A stretch of DNA of 56,212 bases from Cyanophora paradoxa CCMP329 (taxonomy: Eukaryota; Plantae; Glaucophyta). Positions 23,493 through 34,579 of this stretch are shown in pieces (position 1 is the first letter of the stretch; each line of letters begins with the position of its first letter). Position numbers and translations under genes: made by a program. Location: positions 1-56,212 of the forward strand of contig QPMI01000620.1 in the NCBI GenBank assembly GCA_004431415.1. Reading direction: 5' to 3'. The notes under the pieces were generated by a model. The model made no database searches and had not been told where the DNA came from. It saw nothing but the letters and a program-made list of their open reading frames with translations.

Positions 23493-25997
23493 CTACGAGA
23501 CGGTGCAATGCCCGCGGCTCTTGGAGCGCGATTGGGGCGCGCGCCTCCGGATGACGGGAAGGCCATCGCCGGCGCCCCCGGGCCCTCCCGCGGAGCCTCC
23601 GGGCTGCTGCCGCCGCCCCGCGCCGGGGCCCTCGGAAGGCTCGCCGAGGCCCGAGCCCGAGCCCGACCCCGAGGCGGAGGCGGAGGCCGAGGCCGAGGCG
23701 GAGGCCCGGCGCGCACGCTCCTCCCTCCTGCGGCGGCGCGTACGATTAGTTCGGTTCGAATTTAGGTATCAATGAGAGATCGCTGATCACTGATGAATGA
23801 TCATCGTCGTTTATGTAAGATTAGATCGGATCGCGATCGGGCGCACATCCTGCGGAGGCGGGCGCAGATCTCGGGGAAGTCGGGGCGGAGGGACTGGTCC
23901 CGCTCCGTGCACTCGTCCACCAGGCGCGACAGCTCAGCTGGGCACGCCGGGTCCACCTGGGAAGGGGAGGGGGGGGGGGGGGGGGGGGAGCTCAGCTCGG
24001 CCTCGAGCGTCATTCAGCTGCGGGATGGGAGGGGGGCGGACCGGGAGGGAGGGGGGGTGGAGGCCCTTGTATGCGACCATGTGCGCCGCCTTGTCCACCG
24101 CTGCGCCCGAAAATGTAAGAGGGGGGGGGGTGGAGGGTGAGGGGGGGGGGCAAGCTCCGCACATTGGATGTCGGGGTAGGGGGGCTTTCTCGACACGACC
24201 TCCCACATGCAGACGCTGCGCGCGCGGGCGAGGGGGGGGGGAGGGGGAGGGGTACCGGGTGAGGAGAGGACGCGGGGTCGGGGGGGGGGAGGAGGAACGA
24301 TGGCGGAGCAGTGAGCATACCCCCAACTGCGAGCGCCGCGGGTCAGAGGACTCAGAGGGCGGCGGTGGGTCGGGGGTACGCGAGGCGCACCTATACACGT
24401 CACACGACCTGTGGTAGCGCTCCCCACGCAGGACCTGCATGTAGCCCCCTCTCTGAGAGCAAGCGGGCGAGAGAATCGCGTGCCGCGCACCTCGGGCGCC
24501 TCCCAGCGGTACGATCCCGTGCACGGCTGCGCTCACGACCGCCGCGTCAACAGGCGATCCCAGCGCAAGGCGATCCCAGCAAATGCTAATATCTTGATTT
24601 AGCTCAAGGTAACGCTTGCTCTAGCGTCTCAAGCGCCGCTATCCTGTGGCCATGGGCGCCGGGCGCGGGCGCGGGCGCGCGGCCATCGGGGGCGGCCAAC
24701 GGCGATCCCAGCTTGCTTGCTCGAGGCAAAAGGCGATTCTAGCCCAAGGCAAATTGAAGCTCGCTCGATCATATGAGGGCGCACGGTCATCTTGCCGTCG
24801 CGGGCCTCGTAGCGGGCGAGGCCGAAGTCGACCAGGTGCACGTCCCCCGCCTCGTCCAGCTGCAGGCGAGCGCTTGAGGGCTCCGATCCGAGGCGCGGGG
24901 GGCGGGGGCAGGGGCGGGGCGGGGGGCGGGGCGGGGCGGGGCGGGAGCGTCTAGCTGCAAGGGAGGGGCGGATCGAACGCCAAGCTTAAGGGCTCCGATC
25001 CGAGGCGCGAGGGGCGGGGCGGGGGCGGGGCGGGGGCGGGGTGGGGCGGGAGCGCCCACCAGCAGGTTCTGGCTTTTCTGGGGGCGGATCGGGCCGGGCG
25101 GCGGTCAGGGTGGCGCGCGCGGCGGCCGCGACTCGAGTTCGAATCCGCGCGCGAACGATTCGCGCACGATGTCGCGGTGCAGGATCCCGAGGGAGTGGAG
25201 GTACTCCATCGCGGAGGCGAGCTGCAGGCCGAAGCGTAGGGCGGCCTCCAGGCCCCAGCGCGGCCTCCCGGACTCGTGCAGCTCGTGCCAGAGCGTGCCG
25301 CCCTGGATCAAATCCAGGAGGATGAAGGGCTCCTCGGCCTCCATGCACGTCGCCAGCAGGCCCCTGAGAGAGCGCCCGCGCGCCCCGCGCCGCGTGAGCG
25401 CTAGGCGCCGCTAGCACGCCCGCGCGCCCTCGCGCAGCGGCCGGAGGTTGTTGGTTAGCTATAGCTATGTGTGTGTGTGCTAGACGCGCGCGCGCGAGCG
25501 GGCGGCGGTCCGGCGGGGCTTACACGATGTGCGGATGGTGTATGCGGCTGCAGGAGCGTATACATGCGTCAGGCGGAGGTTCGAGCGGCAGCGCCTAGGC
25601 CTGCCGGTCGGATATCGATCGCCGGACCTTAGGAACAGGACCTCGGTCTTCATCTCAGCGACGGCCTCCTCAAAGCCGATGTGCTTGCACCGCGCCGGCG
25701 GCTTGACGCGCTGCGCAGGAGAAGCTCCGCTCAAACTGGTTGGCGGACCTGCGCGGCATGCGTACGCACGTACGCACCTTCGCGGCAACGATCCGGCCCT
25801 TCCAACGGCACTTGAAGACCGTGGAGCCTCCGCCTGCCCGGGGGTGAGCGGGAGGAAGGCTCCGGCGGGGTCCGCGCGCGCGCGCCTTCGGAAAGCGGGG
25901 CAAGGAACTCCACTTCGGCCGGGGAGCACCTCGGGATGGGCTGCGGGGCCACCTCCCCGGGCTCGGGCCGCGGTTCCATCGCTACGTCGCTCGGCAT
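23493..25997 (-). CDS. Tyrosine-kinase-like (TKL) Ser/Thr protein kinase with C-terminal CaaX (multi-exon)
   Basis: SEG|GGSTVFKCRWKGRIVAAK, HHPHIV, MEYLHSLGILHRDI|KPENLL, VDFGLAR, GSYRWEAPE, SCDVY, MWEVVSRKPPY, LRPDFPEI; last exon ends RRRAPQSRSKSRGHCTVS*. Confidence 0.9.
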
Positions 25998-26328
25998 CGC
26001 TCTAGTCTGTGCTGCGGCTGCTACAGCAGTGCTCCCATAGCATGCTACCCCGGTATACGTATATACGTAGCCGGCACGCAAAGGAGCAACCGCAAAGTGG
26101 CGATATGGAGTCGGTTGCGGGGGACGCCGTCACGAGAGTCACGCCGACGAACCCCAACCGGCCTTTTGCGAACGAAGAGGGTTGTACCCCCAGTAAAAGA
26201 CCGTTACGAATAACCTGCTTGCCTGGCCGTCCCCGCCCCACTGCCAGCGTCCCGCCATCAGAATGGTGTTTGACATCCTTTCCCCGCGCAAGCGCTCGGC
26301 TTTCCCGGCCCAGCAGCAGCAGCCGGTG

Positions 26329-27596
26329 ATGCCTCAGGGTGCGCTGCCCGCCCGCGCCCCGGGTCCCTCGGGGACCGTCCGCCGAGCCTCTAGCCTCTGA
26401 TCGACCATTCTACGCGTCCGTTGCACGGTTCCACTGAGTCGCTGACTGGGGGCCCGCCCCGCATGCAGAGCCCGTCTACGAGTCGGTTGACGTGTGCATC
26501 AGCGGCCGCGCCTTCGTCCCGCCCGCTCCGGCGGCCCAGTCCTTCGAGCCTTACTTCCCTCATTACAACCAGCAGACGACCGCCGAGGCCCCCGCCCCCG
26601 CGTGAGCGCTCACCCGCCGATCCGGCTCGCCTCTGTCCATTGACGCTGACGGCGGCGCAGGTCGCCCTACAAGAGCCCGCGGACCCTGGCGCAGGACCCG
26701 AGCGCGCTGGCCTCGCCGGCCCGCGTGCGCTCGCCCTTCAAGGCGGAGACCGAGCCCCCGCTCCCCGTGCGCTGGCCGCCCCCAAACAAGCCTTCTCTGA
26801 GGCGACCGGGCTAGCCTGACTCGAGTCCGCGCCAGGTCGAGCCGCCGGTGACCTCGAAGCTTGGGGAGGAGCCGACGGTCCCGGCCCCGGCCCCGGCCGA
26901 GGAGGGGGAGGGGGAGCAGCCGGCCCAGCCGGAGGGCGAGGCCGCCCCCATGGACCAGGTGCTGTGGACGATCTCGTACACGATCCGATGATCCGACGCC
27001 GACGCTGAAACCGAACGGCGCGCAGGAGCCGTGCGACTGCGGCGACTGCGACAGCTCCGAGGCGGCGACCACCGAGACCGGCACCGAGGCCGCCGGCGCC
27101 GCGGGGCCGCTCTCGCCCTCCGCGGCGGACAAGGAGAACAACGCCGGCGCCGGGCCGCGGAGCATCTCGGCGCGCAACCTGCCCAACCTCCCCGAGAAGG
27201 TCTACGTGAAGCGGTCCGCAATTCCATCCGTTCCTTCTTATCGTTTCTTTCCTTTTCTCGTCTTATGTCCCGCACCAGCTTTGGCGCGGACCGCGTCTTC
27301 CACACGGACAAGAAGGCGAGCCTCCTCTTCGTGGCCCCCTTGCCTTTTTTAAGCCGCCTCCTGAGACTCGAACCCGGGGCGCAGTGCAAGCGGTTCATGC
27401 AGAAGAAGGCGAAGGAGAGCGCCATCAAGCACCACATGACGCCCTGCGGCAAGGTACCCCCCTCCTCTCCCTTTTCCTTTCCTTGCTTCGAGGGCCTCGT
27501 CTCACCCGAGGCCGCCCCCCGCAGTGCTCGGCGCACCTGGTGCCGGCCCCCAAGGCCCCCGCGGTCACCTCGCCCCTCCGCCAGCCCGCCCTGTAA
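26329..27596 (+). CDS. Hypothetical protein with a C-terminal H-C..PC-x2-C putative Zn module (multi-exon; start uncertain)
   Basis: Spliced reading EPCDCGDCDS..DKENN..EKVYVK|FGADRVFHTDKK|CKRFMQKKAKESAIKHHMTPCGK|CSAHL..; canonical short introns. Confidence 0.5.
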
Positions 27597-28039
27597 ATGA
27601 GGGCCCGGCCGGACGACAAGCTCGCCCCTAAGAAGAAAAGGCACCGAGCTCGTTATTATTCAGCTCCGATATCCTTCGAGTGTAGTCTTCGCAGCTCTTC
27701 CTCTGCAGTTTCATGCTCTGATTTGATTTCGTGGTTGCATCCACACGGCAGTACTAGCTAGGCAGGACTCTCCATGCATGTCAGCCCCGCGTCCGATGCG
27801 TGGGTGTAAATAAAGAACCACTCTTGCGTCGACGTCAGCACGCGAGCAAGACAAGCTCCAAGGGCGAGCAGCCGCCAAGGTCCGAGGGCGAGCAGCTGCT
27901 GCAGCGCGCGGGCGAGACAAGGTCCGAGGGCGAGCAGCTAGAGCTCAAGCTAGGTTGAATCGCCGCAGCTGGCATATGCATGGAAAGCGATCTCATTCGT
28001 TATTATATATAATTACAGATCTGGGCTGGCCCGCCACGC

Positions 28040-28299
28040 GCGCGGCCGGCCATGGCCGCGGGCTGACGTCGACTAGTACTAGACAGGCTTCCGGCGCGCT
28101 AGAAGGGCGGCGGGGGCTGGAGCTAGCCAGCGCTAGCTGAAGGCCCTGAGGATGGCGCCGGCGCTCGACGCGCGCACGCCCGCATATGCATGTGCACAGA
28201 GGCCTGCGCCCCGCCGGCGCCGGCGCTAGCCGGTCGGCCGTGGCCGCCGGCTGACTAGACAGGCTTCGAATTCCGGCGCGCTAGAAGGGCGGCGGGGGC
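28040..28299 (+). repeat. Local duplication (28040-28118 and 28232-28299)
   Basis: ctgac..tagacaggcttc..cggcgcgctagaagggcggcgggggc twice, differing by X-X'-X insertions. Confidence 0.85.
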
Positions 28300-30950
28300 G
28301 GGACGCCGGGGGCGAGAGGCGCGAAGGCAGGCGGGCGGGGCCCGGCGCCGGCGGCCCCGCGCTCGGCCTCCGGCACGGGCGTCGCCCCCGGCACCGGCAG
28401 CGGACGCAGCGGCGGCTGCGGGAGGAGGAGGAGCAAATCGCCGGCGGCCGCGGCCGCGGCTGCCCCGGGGAGGGGCGCCGGCGCGGGGGCGGGGACGGGG
28501 CGGGCCCAGCCTCGAGCTCCGGAGGGGCCGAAGGGGAAGCGGCGGGCGCCGGCTCCGGCTCCGGAGGGTGCAGAGGCGCTGCGGGGCCGCGGGCGCGGCG
28601 CCCCCGGCGCCCTCCTCCGCCTCCGGCTCCTCCTCCGCCCTCGCCCTCGCCTCCACCTCCTCCTCGGCCTCAGCATCTGCCCCCGCCTCGTGCGCCGGCT
28701 CCCGGGCCGGCGACGGCGCACGTCGCCCGGGCCCTGGAGGGCCCCCGCCGGCCCGCCGCGCCGCGTGCTGGGCGAGGTCGGCGGCCGACGCCAAGAGGAA
28801 GACCGTGGTCCGAGCGAGGAGGAGGGCCGAGCAGGAGGGTGCCAGCATCTCCGCCGCGAGACCCGCCGGCGTCCAGATCGTCCCCAGCAGCTGCGCACGA
28901 GGGGCTCGGGCCGGGCGGGGTACAACATAAGGGCGAGGGCGCAGGAGACGCACGGGGTTGTTCTGGATGGCGAGCGCCGCGGCGTGAACAATCTGCGATC
29001 ACGTCATGGGGATTGGACGGGGGGGGGTACGCGAAAGCGCGCACCGTGAAGCCCGGTCGGAAGCTGCAGCGGACGGCCACGGCGGGGGCGCCAGGGGCCG
29101 GAGGGTACGCGCACGGCAGCGCGCCCAGCTGGACGCCGTGCTGGACTATGGCGCGGGCGACGGAGAGCGCGGCGAAGTCGGCCACGGCGGGGCCGAGAGG
29201 CTCAGGGGCCGGCGCGGCGGCGGCGGCGGCGGCGCTGGGGTGCCTCCAGGTCGTCACGGCGGGGGCGGGGGCGGGGGCCGGCGGCGCGGGCTGCGGGCCG
29301 TGGCCCGGCCTCGCCGCGCCGGAGCCGGGGCAGCGAGGGGGGGTGCAGCAGCTGGACGTGCGCTCGGGCTCTGCGTCCCGTCAGCCGGCCACGGACAAAC
29401 GAGCGCGCGCGCGGGCGGGCGGGCGATCGCACTCGCTCTCGGAGGCCAGCGGTGCGCCGCAGAAGCCGCAGCGGGAGCCCCACGGGTGAGCCACCCGCGA
29501 GTGCGCATCCGCCCTGCGCGGAGGGGGGCTGGCTGGCTCAGCCCGAGGCAGGAAGGCCGGCGCCGGGTCGGGGGCTGCCCGCGCACTCTTGGGGGGAGGC
29601 GAAGGCCGCGGCGCAGAATTCGCAGAGGAGGCGTGGCACCGGCGCCGGGCCCCGCCCCAGCTGAAGGCCGCCGGCCCCGACGTCGACGCCGCCGCGCGCC
29701 GCCGGCGGGCCGGGCACGAAGGTCGGTGCAGGCCTCGCCCCCCCAAGCTGCAGGCCGGTCGGGGCGGGCCTAGGAAGCAGCCGCGGCCGTCCGGCCCCGG
29801 GGACGTAGGCGCGGGCGCCGCGGGCGGGCCGGCCCAGGGCGGAGAGGCGGGCCCCGCCCCGCCCGCCCGTCCGGGGCGCGCCGGGGAGCGGAGGCGCGCC
29901 GGGGGTGGCGCCACGCTCGGGACGGAGGAGGCACGCGGCCGCGCTGGCTTCTTCGCGACGTAGGGGTCCGAAGCCGCCGCCCTTCGCATTCCCTCCCAGG
30001 CGCGCGGCCCTGCGCACCGTCCCCAGCCAGCCGTCACGCGGGAAGGGGGCGGGGCCCGGCGCGAATGCCCCCGGGCGCACCGTGGCATCTCATCACGGCG
30101 TCGAGGAAGAGGTGGCCGCCCGCAATCCGGTGGAGCCGCCCGCTGGCGCGGCGCGGCGTCAGAGCCGTGGAAAAGAAGTTTGCGGGCGCGCGAACAGGAT
30201 CGAAGACACGGTGCGGCCCGAGAGGATAGCGGCGACCTGCGCCAAGGAAGAGACGTCAGTTTCGAAGCGCAGAGGAAAGCAGAGGAAGGCTTAGGCGGCG
30301 GGGCCGGGCGGGGCGGGCCCGCGGCTCCTGCGCGAGGGCGCCCTCGAACAGCGCCGTCATGCTCCGGGCGCCCCCAGGGTGAATCGCGCCGATTTCCAGC
30401 GCCCTCCCATACAGCCGCGGCACGGCCACCTGCGCGCGTGCGCGCGCGGGGCAGTCTCAGCGGCCGGCGCGCGCTCGCGCGCCCGCGCGCCGCGCAGCGC
30501 GCGGGCGGACGCGCCGCGACGATCGTCTCGTCCTCTAAAGGCGTGAAGGCCGAATACTTGCGAGCTACGCCCGACCCGCTCGTTGCTCCTCTGGAGACCG
30601 TCGCTGGCGGCTGCGGCTGCGGGGCCGTCGACGTGGGCCGCGCCGCGGCCGCCGCGGCCGCGCCGGGTTCCGGAAGCGGCGCCGGCGGGGCGAGCGATAG
30701 TGTCTGCGACGCCTCTGCTGAGAAGGGCGCGAGAGGGGACGGAACGGAGCCGGCGCTCACGGAAGCGTCCGGCGCGGAGGACGCGCCGACCGGCGAGCCG
30801 AACGCCCGCACCGGTGTCTCGGCAGCTATTGCCGGCACATTCGGAAATAGCGCCGCAAGGGATCGCTTCGCAAGCGCCGACGAGGCGCCTCCGAGAGCTG
30901 GCGAAGCAGGTACGTGCGCCCATCCGTCCGCCGAGGTTGGAGTGCGCTGA
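28255..30950 (-). CDS. Low-complexity protein with probable Myb/SANT-like domain (multi-exon; boundaries uncertain)
   Basis: RKYSAFTPLEDETIVAA ... QVAAILSGRTVSSI resembles Myb helices 1 and 2-3; Pro/Ala-rich flanks; downstream exons HDVIADC, TPCVSCAL, LLGTIWTPAGLAAEML. Confidence 0.4.
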
Positions 30951-31536
30951 GAGAACGAGGGGCAAGCGGCGCTATCGTCAATCCTGCGAGCGGAGCCGAT
31001 ATCAAGAACGAAGAAGAAGACTGAAGCTTAGGAGGAACACGACCCACGCACGCGCAACGATCCTCAGGCCTGCAGCTCGCGCCAGGCCCCGGATCGTCCT
31101 GTTCTATGCATCCCTTGTCCTGCGAGCTCAACGCCGCGCTGCCGCCCTTCCTGCACACACGAAAGGGAGCGCTCAGACTGCGGACGATGCGCGGACACGG
31201 CGCGAATCGCGCGCAGGCGCTGAGCATCGAGCGGTGAAGCTGCAGAAGAGTATGCCCCACACGAATGGGCCGCGCACCGCCCGACGTCGACCCTGCGCAC
31301 GGCATCATCCTCGACCGCCGAGCCGGGGATCGAGCGGGCATGCGCACGCTTCGCTTGACTCCTCTCTACTCGCGCTGGTGCTGTCAGCTGCCTGCATCCA
31401 GCTGAAAAGCTTGCTTTGCGTCTGGGGTACGCGAGCTTCGAGGCTGCTGGTCCCAACCTCGCAAACGCGCACCGGCGAGCAGACACGCAAGCTGTACAAC
31501 CGAGCATCGCCAGCGGGCGGCGCGCGGGAGGGCGGC

Positions 31537-32952
31537 ATGCGGCTGGACCTCGTGGGCGCCGCGTGGGAGGCCGAGGGCGGCGAGGAGCTCTCACGCGTCA
31601 TCGATGGAACTTTCTCGAGCTCCGGTGACGATACCGGCGCAGAGGGCCATGCCGGGCCGGCGCCCAGCCGCGCGGTCGCCGTCGTGCGGGCGAGCGGGGC
31701 CACGAGCGCGGCACCTTGCGTGCTCTCTCTCAAGTTTGGCCTGCGCACGCGGCTCCTGACGGTGCGCCGGCCTCGCGCCGAGTGTGCAGCCGGCGCCTGC
31801 CGCCGACCGGTCGGCTGGGGCTCATTCGACGCGCATGCATCGCAGGTGTCGCTCAGCTGCAGCGCGCGGACCTGTGAGTACTACAACTGGCGCGGCACGT
31901 ACGTAGGCACGTCGCGCGGCGCGGGCGAGGGCGACGCGTTCGCGCACGAGTTCGAAGTGCCCTCCGACGCCGACCTGGGCCCGGCCGCGGGGCCCGGCGC
32001 CGGCGCCGGCGCCAGCGCCCAGGAGAGCTGCTTGCACATCCGCGTACGTGCTGCTGGGTTCCAGCAGCCCGACCCGGCCTGCCCGCCAGCGCCGCTGAGC
32101 CGTCCCGCGCGCGCGCAGCCGGCCCTCCCGGCCGACGCGGCGCGCTTCGTCGTCTCCCGCCTCGCGGCGCGCACGGCGGCGGAGGACGGCCCGCCTCGCC
32201 GCCGCGCCGCCGCGGCCGCGGGCGGCGCCGGGGGCGGCGCGGTGGACCTTGCGTCGGTGCGGACGCTCCTCGCGCAGATGAACGGGGGGCAGGGGGCGCA
32301 GCTCTCGCCGGGGGCGCAGAGCCTCATGCGGATGGTCGAGGCAGCGCAGGCGTCGGGCGCCTCCGCCGGCGCCGCCGCACTCTCCTCCGGCGCCGCCGCG
32401 GCGATGGTGACCCGGCCCCGCCCTCTCTTCTCTCTCGGATTGCGCCTCAGACCACCTCAGATGGCCGGGATGTTCGCCAGCCTTCGAAACGTGGCGTCGG
32501 CTCCGGTGCCGGCGCCCCCGCCGCAGCCGCCAGCTGCGGCCCGGCCCGCTCCAGTCCCGCCAGCCCCGACCCCCGCCCTCGAGCCCGCGCACGCCCCCGC
32601 CCCCGATAGCCCTGCCCCTGCCCCCGCCTCCGCCTCCGCTTCCGTACCCCCCTCGATCCCGTCCGGCGCCGGCCCGGCCCCCGTCCCGGCCTCCACCCCC
32701 GAGCCCCCCCGCACCTCGATCGCGTACCCCCCTCCGGAGTCAGCGGTACCCCCCTTGGCCGCATTCTTCCTCCAAAAAGTTGCCGATGCGGAGGCCCGGA
32801 CCGCCGAGAGGCTGCGCCTCCTCGAGAGGGGGGTACACGCCCGCCTCGACGTCCTGGAGGCCGCCCTCACCCGGCTTGCGCTGTACCCCCCCGGGGCGCC
32901 CGCCCTGCCGTCCGCCCCAGCCCCGCCCCCCGACCCCAGCGAATACTGCTAG
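31537..32952 (+). CDS. PAAT / C10orf88-like protein (multi-exon)
   Basis: SCSARTCEYY..TYVGTSRG and VDLASVRTLLAQM..QLSPGAQSLMRMV match recalled family motifs (SARNMEVY..YCGTSRG; IDL..V....LSPGAQQLM); Pro-rich linker and C-terminal coiled coil. Confidence 0.7.
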   Translation: MRLDLVGAAWEAEGGEELSRVIDGTFSSSGDDTGAEGHAGPAPSRAVAVVRASGATSAAPCVLSLKFGLRTRLLTVRRPRAECAAGACRRPVGWGSFDAHASQVSLSCSARTCEYYNWRGTYVGTSRGAGEGDAFAHEFEVPSDADLGPAAGPGAGAGASAQESCLHIRVRAAGFQQPDPACPPAPLSRPARAQPALPADAARFVVSRLAARTAAEDGPPRRRAAAAAGGAGGGAVDLASVRTLLAQMNGGQGAQLSPGAQSLMRMVEAAQASGASAGAAALSSGAAAAMVTRPRPLFSLGLRLRPPQMAGMFASLRNVASAPVPAPPPQPPAAARPAPVPPAPTPALEPAHAPAPDSPAPAPASASASVPPSIPSGAGPAPVPASTPEPPRTSIAYPPPESAVPPLAAFFLQKVADAEARTAERLRLLERGVHARLDVLEAALTRLALYPPGAPALPSAPAPPPDPSEYC

Positions 32953-33008
32953 CCTTCCTTCATTATGCGATGCGAGGCACAAGAACGCTGCGGGAGGGGG
33001 TACGCCGC

Positions 33009-34108
33009 TCATTCGGACTTGCCGGGCTTGGCGGTCTTGGGGAGGGTAGAGAGATACAGCTTCTCGAGGGTGAGGACCACGGTGAACGCGGCGACTGCGT
33101 ACCCCATGTACTCGTGCGCCTGCGGGGGCCGGGACGACGGATGCTGAGCAAAGAAGAGGCGGGGGGGAAAGCGTAGGGGGGTAGGGGGGAATCGCGCCTT
33201 GTAGACCTTGTCGACGGGCACGCCGAGGGTCGAGGCGACGAGGTCGCCGTTCGTGGCCGTCACGTACTGAGCGATCACCTGAGGCCGGCGCGAGTCAGAT
33301 GGACGCCAGCGAGTCAGACAGTGGGACGGCGAGCTGGAGGAGGGCGCACGAGGCCGCCGAAGCCGATGAAGTGGTTCTTGATCGAGGCAGCCACGAGCGC
33401 GTTCGGGATCTTGCGGAATTTGAGGCCCTGCGCCGCGGCCCGTCCGGCGGTCAGGCCCGCGCCGCCCAACCCAACCCAAGCCGATTAGTACTCGCCCGAG
33501 CGACGATGTAGAACTTCTCGAGGATCAGGAGCACAGCGAAGCCGGCCAGGACCTTGCCCAGCGTCATGTGGTACGAGACCAGCTGGTGCGGGGGGATGCC
33601 CGCTGCGCCGCGGCCGCCGAGCGCCAGTGAGCGAGCGGGCGCGAGGACAGCCGGCGTTGGCAGAAGCTAGTTTTGAATTCAAATAAAGCGCTCACTGGCG
33701 GCGGAGATCTGCTTCTTGTAGACCGTCAGCGCGAACTGAACGGAGACCATCACCAGCATCGAGATCCAGTGGTTCTGCGACGGGACGGCGTGAGCTTCGC
33801 AAGGGGAGAGCTAGCACTGGAAGCGAGCCGCGCGGCAGAGCCGGCGCCGACTGGCGCGGCAGAGCCGACGCGGCAACGGCGAGGCCAGGCGGCCGGCGAG
33901 GCCGCTGGCTTGCCGGCGGCTTATTTCTATCTTTGCCGCGGCTAAATCTAGCCGAGTCGCAGATTCGCGTACGCGGCGGGCGCCGCCCGTGCCAGTTCGC
34001 CGCAGACTCGTTGTCGCCGGCGCGCGCCGGAGCCGGCGGCGGTTACGACGCTAATGCGGGCGGCGTTACCTTGATCGACGAGCGAACGATGGCGTCGAGA
34101 GCCGACAT
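33009..34108 (-). CDS. Small membrane protein made of two homologous 2-TM halves (multi-exon)
   Basis: MSALDAIVRSSIK|NHWISMLVMVSVQFAL..TLGKVLAGFAVLLILEKFYI vs ALVAASIKNHFIGF..VIAQYV..MGYAVAAFTVVLTLEKLYL. Confidence 0.7.
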
Positions 34109-34579
34109 CTTTGCTGGCGAGGCAAGCCGATGGCGCTGATGACGAGTCACGTAGCGGGGGTACCCTCGCCGCTTGGTCGCGCACGAAGCCGCGGGCCGGA
34201 GGCCACATCCGGCTTTAGCTCAGTGATCGGATCGACAATACGGCCTTACCGAGAGACGGGGGCGTCGCTCGTGTAGCTGCCCGGGACCCGCCCTCGAGAT
34301 TTGACCCCTAAAGCGCCGACGTCTCATACGGATCGATTCGGTGAGCGAAGGCGGACAGCGCGCATGCGTAGCTGCTGCTTCATGTAGTCGGCAAGACGAC
34401 GTCGGTGAGACCGCCGCGTGCCCCCTCGGCCTTGCTAGGCTTCGCCAGGCTTTGCGGGCGGCGGCCCCGCCGCTCAGCCCCCGCTGGCGCTGATCGCGGC
34501 GCACAGATTCCATCGTACTCTAAAGAAACGGCGATTTCAGGCAGCTTTGTGCACACGCGGTGGCGGCGAAAAGCTTAAG

